Source of the DNA: Podarcis pityusensis | Taxonomy: Eukaryota | Assembly (NCBI GenBank): GCA_964106645.2 | Contig: OZ067046.1 | Strand: one strand, 5' to 3' | DNA length: 64,000 nt | Part shown: in pieces, positions 27,201 to 40,300 of the stretch | Layout: each line of letters begins with the position of its first letter | How positions within the stretch are numbered: position 1 is the first letter of the stretch | Position numbers and translations under genes: made by a program | The notes under the pieces: model-generated | The model's database searches: none | Told to the model about the DNA's origin: nothing | The model's input: the letters and a program-made list of their open reading frames with translations, nothing else

Positions 27201-27350
27201 TTACACACAAACCCACACACCCCATGCTACCAGTTTTCCAACTGGAAATGAATAGATTGGAATGAATCTGGTACAAATCTGAAAACGATGGCAGCGTTTA
27301 GTTAAATTAATAAACTCATGAAACATTTACAAGTACTATGTTAGGGGCAG

Positions 27351-27484
27351 CTATGAAGAGCCTTTCTTCTTCTGTTCCAGCTCTTGCAGACGCTCTTCTC
27401 TGAACTGGGCATGTTGTGTCCCTACTTTATGAGCAGTCTCTGTCGCTGTAATGTCAATCTGGGCATATTTAGTTGATCCACTCC
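27351..27484 (-). CDS. DOK7: DOK7 long-isoform terminal exon (exon 11)
   Basis: Acceptor ttttttgccatag; phase 1; (G)SGSTKYAQIDITATETAHKVGTQHAQFREERLQELEQKKKGSS*. Confidence 0.8.
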
Positions 27485-29475
27485 CTATGGCAAAAAACAT
27501 TGCCATGGTTATAACATCTTCATGTACTTTCACCTAAGATAATTAGGTAAGAATACAATAATACTCAGTTTGATGTCACACACAGCACAAATAATAATAC
27601 CCACACCAGAACTTAAAAGCTATAATCTTTGTTACTGGAAAACATAGCATCAAGAAACAGTTAAGCTCTTGTAGCTCAGAATCCAAACAAACAAGTGGAA
27701 CCTACAACATAATGTTGCAGTGTATCAGCACTTCTGTGGGAATGTTCAGGGATGCAGGAGAGGATATATTGCTTGATTATATCCTTTCCAACTTGTGTTA
27801 ACAAGTTCTACAATTTAGCATAGTAACATTCCCCTTTTTAAACTTGCACAGCGGATGCGTTTGCTCAGGCTCGCTAAAGCCTCTAAAATAGGGTACCTGG
27901 TAATTTCCCTTTTAGTCCCTCATAAAAGAAATAGACACAATACAGTCTTCTATAAAAGTATAAAAGAGTTTACTCACTCACATTCTGTCACAGATGGATC
28001 CCAGAAGGCATACTTAAGTTATAAAAGTAATATACCTGGAATCTATCCCATAAAGAGATAGTCCCTTTGTCCTCTCTTGGCTGGAAGCCAAGGGAGCATC
28101 TTAGGCTAAAAGCAGATGTTGCTTCTTTGACGAATGTAGTCAGAGAGAGAGAGAGATGGTGGCCAGTCCTATGCTTTTGTTCCTGCACAGGTGAGGCCAT
28201 GCCCACCTCTGGTCACATGTAGAGAAAGCCTGTCCCAGCCTAGGAGGAAACAGGAAATTCCGACTGGCTGGTCCAGACATCCCCTTTTTATGTCCACTCT
28301 AGGGATGTTGTACTTGACTGCTCTGTGTTTCACATCCCACAACTTCCCCATTAGTAGTGCTCCTGCTCAGGACCATCTTTCCTTCCACATCGTTTTCCTG
28401 CTGGAAAGATGCTTGTCCTCATGAAGCAGACCCAGATGGGCTGCTTTGTACCCAATGGGAAGATGGAGAGCATCTCATCCTCCTGGACACTAGTTTGCTA
28501 GGGTAGATGGGGCACTGCCCCACAATCAGCTGCCGCCTGTTTGCTTTTGCACTACCAACCAGTCCAGGAAGTATCACTACTTGTCACTTTCCTTCTCCTT
28601 AATCTCAGCATTGCGCCTGTAGGGATGGAGAAAAAGCTGGAGCTGGTTTGGACTGCCAGCCATGGGTTCTGTTGGTCTCTTTGTCTTCCACGCTGCCAGC
28701 CCTAATGAATATCAGCAACCGCTGCTTCCTCCCAGCGAAGGAGTTGTAAAAGGTTCTGAAAATATGCAGCTGCAGAACCCTATTGTAGGAATGCACTTTT
28801 TAAGTACCAAAATTGAATCCACCAGAGCTATTTCCTTCCTCTCTTCAGTTACTTCCTTCCAATCTTTCTTCCTTTGTCCCTGCCACATCTGATGAGCTGA
28901 CCACCCTATAATCCTGACCTAACCTGTGTTTTCCTGGCTTCCAGCTGCCATCAACTGTGCTCTTTTCCACATTATCATTTTTAAATTAATTTTATTAAAG
29001 GTTTTCAACCTAATATATACCATAAAATTCCAATTAAACTAAAAATAATAATAGAAAACAACATACCAAACAGAAAAAAAACTAAACAGAAAAGTAAAAT
29101 AAAGCACACTATCAAACTCCTCTCCTCTGGCTCCTTCCCATTCGTATTCAAACATATCAAATATCTTGGCCTCTACTCAGTCCTCAGTTCTCCAATTCCT
29201 CAACATTTTTGCTCCCTTAGATATGGGTCACATCCAGAATGTCAGTATTCTGTAGGAGGGATTTCACTGCATATCAGAAATGAAGGTTTGCTCAATTAAA
29301 GTGCTGTGTTGTTCTGGGCCCAACAAATACACTTTTTAAAAAACATTTTTTTGTGTATAGCAAAGTAGCAGGGAAATGTATTAAAAAGTGTGGGATAATG
29401 GTTGACTGATGGGAAGATGTATAACTTCTGCACAAGCAAATAATGAATTTAAAGAAGATATTGTATCATATATTA

Positions 29476-29513
<38 letters not shown>

Positions 29514-31704
29514 TTATTATTAATTAAATTTGTATACCTCCCTATACCCGCAGGTCTCAGGGTGTAAGCTTTGTGCAACCAAATCAGGATGCTCCATGAA
29601 CAGATAATTCAGAAGAGCCAACAGTTGATCACCCCCTCATTTCCCTTGATCACTGTGATTCTGTCCTCAAATGGTTATCTTCCTACTTGTCTAATTACTT
29701 CTCCAATATCTCCTTAGGGGGAACGCTTCTGCTACTCTCCAGTGAGCTTCTTAAGAGTTCTGAGCTATTCTCTCTAAATACTTTGTGCCAGGGTAGTATG
29801 GCTTCCAAGAGCACCTACCCACTGCTGACAGACAGCTCTACACCCTTGTGCAAATTAATTGAAACAAAGCATGTTTTCTATCTTACTCGTAATCCTGTAC
29901 TCAAAACAAACACGAAAAGTCAGTTGATCATTATGGTGTCAGAAGCCTGCAGCCTATAGAAGGAATGATGCGCTCGCCACAATATATTGAGGTTCTGCGA
30001 AAGAGAGTTATTCCAGAGCTGGAAAAGAGGTATCCTGACAGTACTGGGATATTGCAGCAGGACCTAGTCCCCTGTCACACATTGAAAGTGGTAAAGAAAT
30101 TCATGACAGAGCAGCAAATAAATAGTTGGAGATTGTATATTACTTGAAATCAAAGAGAAAAAAATAAAGCATGTAGCAATAGTGCATCGGAGCTAACAAG
30201 TACCCAATAACCAGCGGTAATTGGTGCATCTGTAAAAGGGGACCATGCCACAGTGTAGCTTTGCAAAAGCCCCTTTAGGTCCCTGGAACAGCCTAAAATG
30301 TTATGCAAAAACAACGGAAAAATGCTTCAGTTGCTTTCAAAGATATTTTACCTCTTATGCTTGTACTAGGTTCCTGAAGTTCCAACTCCATGTAATGAAG
30401 CTGTTTCTTTGATGTGGGGCTGGTAGGAATATTAACATAGGTTGCCATTTCACCATGCAATCGATCAGCCATTGGCAGGTCTGCTGAATAACCTACTGCC
30501 CCTGCCATGAGAAGGAACATGCTTTTAAAAGATACATTAACTTAAGCCCCCTGAAGAAGTAAAAAGACATCAACTTGGGTGTAAGACAAGAAGGGAAATC
30601 TTTGAGTTCATGCACTCATGGAGTTCTCCTGCCTAAAAGCCCCCACCCTGTTCATTTCAGCATAGGAAATGGATTCTCCTTTGTGATATGGCTGAAAATG
30701 AATGTGCCAACCCAAGCATACATGACTTCCATGCACACCCAGAGTGCATACAGCTGTCGGTTGTGTTACAATGAGAGGGTAAGACTGCATTTTGAAAGTG
30801 CCCTTGCTCTGCGGGTACTGAGGATCAAACTAGACATGATGTTAAAGTACACCTTTGCATTTACAGTGGAAGTTTAAAAAAATGCAAATAGCATCAACTG
30901 GATGGGGGGGCAATGATAATGATCAGGATTGCAGCAGCTGGGGGTGGGGAATATAACCCTATCCTCCCCTGTTTTGTTCTGAGGGACATTCCTTCCTCTG
31001 AAGCTTGTGTTTTCATTGGGAGGAAATTACCCAGTAAAGGGCAGTGGAATAACTTACGAATAAAAGAACTTCTACAGATTCTCCACAAAGATTATATTGA
31101 TATACGTGCTTAGAAATGAGGAAAAGAGGACTAGGCAAGGCAAAGGTCTGATTAAAGTTGGGTATTCTATGCAAAACAAAACTCTCTTGGGGTGAGGTAT
31201 GCTTTGTAATACTCCAGGGAACCTTCCCTATGTGTTCATGGCTTTTTCATTTAGGAAGTAGCTCACGTTGTTCCTCCAGCAAGTGCCTGCTTGGGCCCTA
31301 ATCATATCCCCAGTGCTTTTTTTCGAGAAAAAGAGGTGCCAGAACTCACCATGAACACCTCCCTTGTTCTCTTATAACTGCAACGGCACACACCTGAGAG
31401 GTGCTGGAACTGAGTTTCTGCATATCCCCCATTAAGGGTTTGTCCGACGCCTTGTGTCATGTGGAGTGTTCCCTCGCCACCCATTGAACTGAATCTGTCT
31501 GCCTATTCATATGAAATCACCACCAGTCTGTGTACTCTGCTGCAAGTCAGTTTACTCACCAGCTTCTTCAGGATCAGATGGAGCGCCAGACTCTGTAGGT
31601 GGCATCATAAATTCATAGCTTCCTTTAGGACCTAGAGCATACAGAAATCTATACATTAATATTTTTTTGGAAGCTGCCCAGAGTGGGCGGGGTATAAATA
31701 ATAA

Positions 31705-31750
<46 letters not shown>

Positions 31751-34262
31751 CAATTTTAAACAACAATATGGACAGTAATAATAACGCACATGTCTCAATT
31801 CTTTAAGTTTCCCTGCAAAGGATTAAAAAATGTGGCTCAGTCAAGAAATATGGAGATTATCTAGGAAGTATTACATGCTTCTAAGAACACTTTGAAGGGA
31901 ATAAATACTACCACCGTTTGAAGAGTTTGCACCGTGCGCTAATCGGTCATGGTGCATGGGGTTCGGGAGTGCTGTGATACTTGCAACCTTCCCAGAGTCT
32001 TTTAAGACAGTCTACCTAACTGAATGACAGTAATAGCAGACACATCTGATTAGAAGTGGTACAGCTCCACAGAAGGACTAGTTCACCTCAATTGTATGTG
32101 AGGGGACATCTGGAAAATCAAAACTGTTAAACCTATCAAACTAGAGAGAAAAGTTTGTCATGGTACTTTTTACAATTTCTACAAGGGAACAGTTGCTTTC
32201 CCATATGGTGCAATCTGCACTTCAGGATCGGTACCACATAAGATGGACATAAAAATGAACTCCAGAAGATCATCTGTAAACAGGATTTTCTTATCTTTCA
32301 TGGAGCTTACTCCTCATTAAACTTCGTTTTCTTAAATAATTCAAACATAATTAATTCATCACAGGAACTCCAAGGACCGAGAACTACAGCAAACATTGCT
32401 TTGACCATGGGGATCCTACCAAAACCATTATTCCTGTGATGCACTTCCTCACAAAAGGTCTTCCAACTTGCAGTTTAAATGCAAAGATTACTGCCTGTGA
32501 CTTTCCACACACACAGCCCTTCCTATCTGAATAGAAAAATAAAGCATAACTATCTATCTCATCAAAAATACTGAGTACTTGCTTCTTTGACCTAGGTTTG
32601 TTTGAGGAAATTGCCTCTCCAAATACTATGCCTATCTACTTGTAAAGTTTGTCCTTTATATGCTTTCAGGGACCAAAATACTATCCTAGAAGCACCACCT
32701 GCTTTTAAAAAATCTCCAACTTAATACTAAAAATCTTTAGCTACATTTATGGTTCTATTGTGCCCAGTTGCTCAAAATAAATTGCTTTGTAGAGATATTC
32801 GTGGCAGTGGGGCAGTAATAGATAAATCAATTCCCTGTTTCTTCTTCCTACTACTATTCCCCCCACCTTTGGAGTCACTGAGAGATGAAGTCATTATTCC
32901 ATTGACTTTGCTTTGAACAAAAATTCAGCAAATGCTTCCTAAAGCTAATTCAGCTGATGAAAGGAATCAGTTAAAAGATTTTTCTATTTCCTATTGCAGC
33001 CTTTCTGATATCCATTAGATATCATTAACACTAAAAATATAACACAATTGACCACAATATAACAACTGCACATGACTAGTAGCCAAGGACAACAAAATTA
33101 GATATGTATTCCCACTTGCATGACAACAGAAATGGAATAGCCATCTCCAACCAAGTAACATAATGTCAACAGGAATTATTTTAATTGGCCTTGCACTTCG
33201 TTATGTGATAATAATCATTATTAATTTGTAAGAACAGATTACATATAGAAATGAACATAAAGTCAAAAGATTATTTGAAACCTATTTTTCCAAAAAATAA
33301 AAAATTGATTGATTTGGTTCTTAAGTAACTTCTGGAAAAATAGGTCAGCTTGGGTCAAGAAGGCTAATGCCTTCAGATGTGTATTGGATTTCAATCCTCA
33401 TATTTACTTCCAAGTCCTGCATGGCAGAAGCTCATGCCAGAGAAGACAAAGGTGATTCTGGTGGGATCTCTTTGGACTCTGGAGAGTTTGATTTGGCCCA
33501 GGAGGCAGAGGTTGGTTTGGCTGCAACTGACAGGGCTGTTATTTCCACATCTTTGGAGGTAGAGTAACTAGGAATGCTTATTGAAGGTAGTTGAGGGGGT
33601 TTTGCTATGTCTGACTATTGTAATGCTCTCTGTCTTGGACCTTGTTGACTTTGAAGACAAACTAGAACCTTCAACTAGTGGGAAATGTGGGCACACAGAG
33701 ATCCACACCCGCAAAAACTTGTCGGTTGGTTTCCATGGAGGAGGTTGTTTCCATGTACCATGCCGTTTCCTCTACTGAAATGAATGCTGGAGCCCATAGA
33801 AGCAGGATCTGATGGCACACATGACTCGTAAGGAAAATATACCCGATATGAAGCAAAGTTATAGGGGTGGGGATGGGAAGGAAAGAACAGGAGGGAGCTT
33901 TTGTTTTGTGTGCATGTACATACTTGCCCTAACCCACAAAGAAAGAGGATTAGGGCTGAAAGACCAGGTAAATATAGGTAGCTGTAAAATCAGCACAGTG
34001 TGAGGGATGGCACACATGAGCTTACAATTCTTTTTGATACAGAGTGAATTTATTAATACTTTGCTCTTCTTAAGCTTAAGACTTGTTTTTCTTTAAAGTC
34101 CAAGAATAAATATTGCAGTCCTGTGGATTGGGACCTTAACTTGTAATTTCATTTCCCTGAGTACTGAAATCAACAGGTGTCAACATCTAGCAAAAATCTC
34201 ATTGCCTCTTACCTGGGCTGGCTGGTAAAATTCCAGATGATAAAATGGACGTTTCCTTTTTT

Positions 34263-34316
<54 letters not shown>

Positions 34317-37300
34317 TGCATTATCATGAATGAGTTTCTTGCAAACTTAACACTGAAATTTTTCACCTGATAAACTGTTCTCAAAACTATTTTCAATTTA
34401 ATCTTGTTGATAAAAGTTCCAAGGAACTGCATAATAAATTCACCTTGTTTGAATGAGCTCAAATCCTGTCAGTCCAGCTCTCAATATTGTTTGTGAATAA
34501 TTTTACAAGTACATTTGAAATGATTAATCCTTTATGCATATGTAAATGATTATATATATGCAACAGATGAACACTTTATGCTGAAATTGACCTCCATATG
34601 AACTAGAAGATCATCACTATTAAATTAAAAAAACAGATCAATCCTAACTATAGGAATCCAGCAGAACTTAACTCTGCCTTGAGTTAAGCAGGCATAAGTT
34701 ACTCCTTTCCCAAACTCTGTCCAGCACCGGGGCTAGTGCTTGCTGAGCTGTCCTGAGCCTGGCAGAGGGAAAACAAGACTTTAAAAGAAGGCTTTGACTT
34801 ACATTATCATTTTTGCTGGTGTAAGTTCAACTGGGTTGCTAGGTCACATGGCTGAGCTGAAAGGCGTTTGGAATAGGTGCAAGTCTGCCCCTGTCCTGTC
34901 CTACCCCAGCATTGCTGCACCCCCACAACAACCCCATTGGGGGACTTACCATGGTCAGCCAACTTCAACTGAGCTCCAGGAGGAATTGCCCTGGCTTCCA
35001 CAAATGTGGAAAAGGCAAGGGATGGGTTTCCATATAATGTGAAGAAAGAATCTGGTTTGTCTATTCCTCAATGCAGCAAAAGCAAGGGCAGAGGAGGAGC
35101 AAATCAGGCATTATTGATCAGCATGCACCAGCAGGCTGTTCATTCAACATTAAACTACAACATCTTTTAACAAGGGGCTGGTAGAGAGAGGCCCCCCTTG
35201 GCACTGTCCCCTTGGCTGCAGAGTGCTGTTCCCAGAGAGGCTCACTTGGCACCTATTTTAGAGTTTTTTGTGGCAGGCACAAACCTTTTTTAATTTCTTC
35301 AATTTCTTTAAATTAATCTTAAATCTTTTAAATTCTGTTGAAGACTGATGTTTTATTCTTCTGTAAGTGACCAATGCATTTTAATAGTTTATTGACATTG
35401 CAAGCTGCCCAAGAAAGTTGTTATCATGAGATATAGAAATGTAATGAATAAATCAATCAATCCCACTAGCCACTAACCCCTGCTTCTGGAAAGTTCAGGA
35501 CACCACTGAATTTCTTGGTTTATGGTTACATGCAGACCAGCGCACTGCAAGTAGGCCCACACTGCTAAATGGAGAAAAAGCAAGCCTAGTATATATTTCT
35601 GTATTGTCTCAGCCCTGGGATATGCGCAGCAATAAAGAAGTAAGCCTCTGCTGCATGCTTGCTCCCTCATCACTGAGAAACATAAAGCAGCCACCACACA
35701 GCAGATATGAGGGACAAATGACTGGAAGCCAAAGAGTAGGACCAAATCCTCATAAGAACAGGAAAATAATTGTGGCATCCCAGCAATCAAAGTTCATCTG
35801 TCTAGCATTCTGTTATCAACAGTGACCATTCAGAAATTCCAGGGTGGTTTGCAAGCCAAGCATGATACAACAGCTCTCCTATTGATTTTCCTTAACAACG
35901 GGTATTCTGAACATGTGCTGATTTAGAAATCACGCTAAGCACTTAATTTCTAACGTGGCACATTTTCAGAGATACTAGTCCTCCCATTTGCCCATCTCAG
36001 GCCTTGGCAAATTCTGAAAGAGGACTGGTCAATTTGCCTAACACTTTTTGCACCACTGCCCTATTATTAGAAAAGCTAAAATTACAGTGGCATCCCAAAC
36101 TTCCCCCTTCTCAATGGTCTCTGTCTGGAGGCCTCTGGAAGCAACCAGTCAGTCAAGAAGTCGCCAGGAACAGCAGGGGGAAATGACACAAGCAAGACTG
36201 TGACAGCTGAGTAAGATCATTATATTTAAAGTTCCTCAGTTATGGTACTTCATATATTCTTAACCAGCACAGTAACCAGACTCTGAATTATATATATGAA
36301 TGACCCATGATGTTTACTCAATACTTTATAGTGTACTTGGCCCAACTTTTTTCATGCTCCCCCAACCTGTTGCAATAAACTTTTCACTAGTATAAGTACC
36401 ATGTTTTGTCTCATTTTCAGGCCACATTCAACCAACCATATTCTCAAGGAGCTAAAATGCCAGAGCAATAAGGCATGGTTACATTGTGGAGCTGCTCACC
36501 TAAAGATTTTGCAGAGACAAAGAACTGAATCACTTTTGTTTAAAAGGATGAAACTTTCCACTTGAACATCTAGATATAGCAAGTGGTAAAATAACACTAA
36601 TGCCTTGGGCTTGGGGCCCGATGGCTCCCAGGCAGCATGCAACGCTAGGCCCAGTTTCAAAGTCAAGGTGGCACAGAGAGCAAGTGAGCTCTAAAATGCT
36701 GCAAATACTGCTCATTTTTGGCTCTGGCTTGGCCCACCATCAGTTATAGCCCTTGACTGGCTTTTCCAGAGGGTAATAGAATCATAGCACCAGAGTTGGA
36801 AGGAACCCCCAAGGGACCCCTGCAATGCAGGAATCCTGCCCACAGCTGTCGCTGGGGGGGCTCAAACCACCAACCTTCTGGTTAGCAGCGAGACACACTG
36901 ACCTATTGCACCACTGACCAGTGGCGGAGCTTCATGCTCTGGCACCGGGGGGCGAAGAGCAGGCAGGGGCATGGCTGGCGCGCATCCCGGGGGCATGGTG
37001 CGCCACCCGCAGGGGCATGTTGTGCATCCTGGGGGCGTGGCGCACCACCCGCAGGGGCATGGTGTGTCCTGGGGGCATGGCACGCCGCCTGCGGGGGTGT
37101 GGCACCCAGTGCGGGCAGGGGGGCAGCCGCGATGGCACCTCACCAGGATCGTGCTGCCGGGGGCGGTGCACTCCCCTCGCACTCCTCTTCCTCCGCCAGT
37201 GCCATTGACCCTTTATAGAGAAAAGGTTCCCACTCCTGGACTAGGGGCAATCTTCAGTTGAATTACGAGCTGGCTGGCAGGAACCATATCCTAAGACAGG

Positions 37301-40300
37301 CCATCTCAGAATGGCCCAACACAATTTATTTTAATAAAAGTCTGAACATATGTTCAGTTATTTCTGATGGAACAAACTGATTTCTCCTACAGACTTAATA
37401 GTTGTCTTCAGGAACATTTGGCCCTCCAAAATGGTAAAAGAATCATTGGCACTTGTCTGTCTCAATAGACAGTGGAGTGTACCTCCAGGGGTGAAGCCAA
37501 ACAACCGTGTTAGCAGCACTAAAGTGAGCTCTCCGGGGCACAAGCCCAGGCAGTGTGTATGACTGCTCAGATGACAAGACCAAAGGCAAGCAGAGCAATC
37601 CATTTGGCCCCAGCTTGGCTGCAGGAGTTGCTGGAAGGAGGCGTGCAAGGTGCCCTCCAACCATCTTAGAGGCTCCACATAGTCCTGGGACAAGGTATGA
37701 AGGCTGAAGCTCAGCAAACCTGGGCTGGTCAATGTCTGCATGGGAAATCACCCAGTAACCTTAAGCATGACACCCTGAATTCAATGGAACAAAAGGTTGG
37801 ATATAAATGTAATGAATAAAATAACATTTACCTGTTGTTGTTAATGTTTTCCTGACGGTAACTGATTTTAGCTACCATTGGCACAAATATAGTAGCATTT
37901 ATCCGCCCATAAAATGCACACAATTCTACAAACAAGACTAGCATGTGCTCAGAACAATGATTTACCTTTAGCCCTCCACAGACCGGGCAAGGTGAAAAGA
38001 AAGCTCGAGTTGTCCCAGAAGGAGAGCTACACAGTTCACATGGGCTGCTGGAGACCCCAACGAATGTTGCCACATCAGTACTTCTAGAATCTAACAATTG
38101 TGCTTGTTGTCTTATATGTGACCACCTTGAAACAAAATCTATGCTTGCCTCAAGCGATGAGTCTTTGGCATGTTCCTGGGGGAGAGCTGCTTGCATGTCC
38201 CCTTCCCCTCTGTGCTCAGGAGAAGCTTGTGCTTCCAGATGCGGCAATGGCAGTTTGAGGTCACTAATTTCTTGAGATGATTCACCCTTGGATAATGAGG
38301 AATCTGAACTTGAACTTTGTGTGTCTTTAGCAGCTACCTGTAGCAAACTCCTGGGTGTGTCATAGGCATGTCTAAGGGAACTGGGAACTTGGTACTCCAG
38401 GCCAGGGCTCCTCAGGTGATCACCTGGCGGACAAGTGCATATACTCTGGTCTGAAGGGAGGTTCAGCGGCAGACTCAACAATGATCCAAATTCATCACCA
38501 CGGCAAATGTCCAGGCTCCCAGCATATGAGGAAAAACTTCCTGAGTAAGAAGAATGACTCCCAGTAGCTATCCCACTATCAGAAGAACTTTGGCGGCCTA
38601 TTTCTTGCAGTTGTCTGGATCGAAGAAGCTTAGGAGGTGGTTTGGTGATGCTGCGGACACCTTCTGAATGGGCCTTCTCCTCCCCAAGATGAATTCCCTT
38701 TGCTGCGGGCAATCCATGACTTTCTTGAGAAGTACTGGCTGAAGACTGGTCTGCCCAAATAGTCAATCTGCTCCCAATGCTAGCATCAGAATGGCTTGTG
38801 TCCGAAGATGAACTTGATAAGCTTCTGTCATCACCTAGGATGAAAGAAAGGAGATTGATGATTCAAGTGGAAATGGCTGAACTATAAAGAAAGATGATAG
38901 CTGGGTTATCAGCCATACTTCTGACTTTGACAGTTCAGGGAGTTCTAGATCACTACATCTGTGAGGGGAGTAACACTCAATTTAGAGAAACCAAGTCCCT
39001 TGGCTGCATTAGGGATTTTCCAGTGGGAAACTTCCTAGTGCAGCCAGTTCCAGAACGGGACCAAATTATGATTCATGCCAAACTTAATTAGGCCACTAGG
39101 CCAGAGGTACCCCACAACTGCTACAGGAGAATGAAGAACGGCAAATATACCCAATGACAAATTTCATCTCATCATCTCTCTAGTCTAAAGCCATGGCCTA
39201 GATGTGACTTTAGCTTTAGCTATTTTGAGGAGTCTAAGAGCTCGTCCCAGGGATGCAGGTGGTGCTGTGGTTTAAACCACTGAGCCTCTTGGGCTTGGCA
39301 ATCAGAAGGTCGGCAGTTCGAATCCCTGCAACAGTGTGAGCTCCCATTGCTTGGTCCCAGCTCCTGCCAACCTAACAGTTCAAAAGCACACCCAAGAGTG
39401 CAAGTAGATAAATAGTTACTGCTCCGGCGGGAAGGTAAACGGCGTTTCCTTGCACTGCTCTGGTTTCAGTGTTCCATTGCGCCAGAAGCGGCTTAGTCAT
39501 GCTGGCCACATGACCCGGAAAAACTGTCTGCGGACAAACGCCAGCTCCCTCGGCCTGTAAAGCGAGATGAGCGCCACAACCCCAGAGTCGTCTGCGACTG
39601 GACATAACTGTCAGAGGTCCTTTACCTTTTAAGGGCTCATCCGCACTTCCGCTTGTGTGATGCCTAGAAAACACATGTTCAAGGGCTTTCACCCTTGCCC
39701 GGCTGCTCCTTTCCAAAGTAAAACCTGCTCTCGCAAGAGATCAGAACAAATGGCAACCTGGGGAAAACCCAAATTCCCATTTGCTCTGACTGAGTGCTTT
39801 CCATGGGGGAAAGATGTGGGGAACAGGAAGTGCGGAAAAGCCCTTTATCGGGTAAGGGGACACCACTTGAGGGCACATTCACTCCCTGACCAGCTTCTAG
39901 GGGCTTGAAAGCCTGCAGTGGGTGAGATCAATGAGAGAGAAACACCCCATGGAGAGTCCTCTCTTTTTCCAATAGCACAGAAACACGGTGACCTGCCCAT
40001 GAGGAAAGAGAGCAACCCCCTCCTCTGTGGGCAGCCATGCCCCCCCCTTTCCCACTTGTTCTTGCAAATCAGTGGAGCAGCAGCAGGCGGGGAGACATCA
40101 CAAACAGGGGCGGTGGAAATTTCATGCCTCCCACAATCTGGTACTGCTGCTCAGGGGGAAATGGCTGTTCAGCCTTGGAACCAGGGCTGCAGAAGGCGAG
40201 GGGCCTCAGAGGCTGTGGGGCCCAGGAGAAGTGGTTGGTGAGTCAGCTGGAGAGGCCTTGTGGCCCACGTGCCACCACCCCTTATGTCAGAGGCCTGAGA

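Noticed and set aside
34720-34740. REST/NRSE-like tccagcaccggggctagtgct
   Set aside because: The right half-site lacks the critical GGACAG core.
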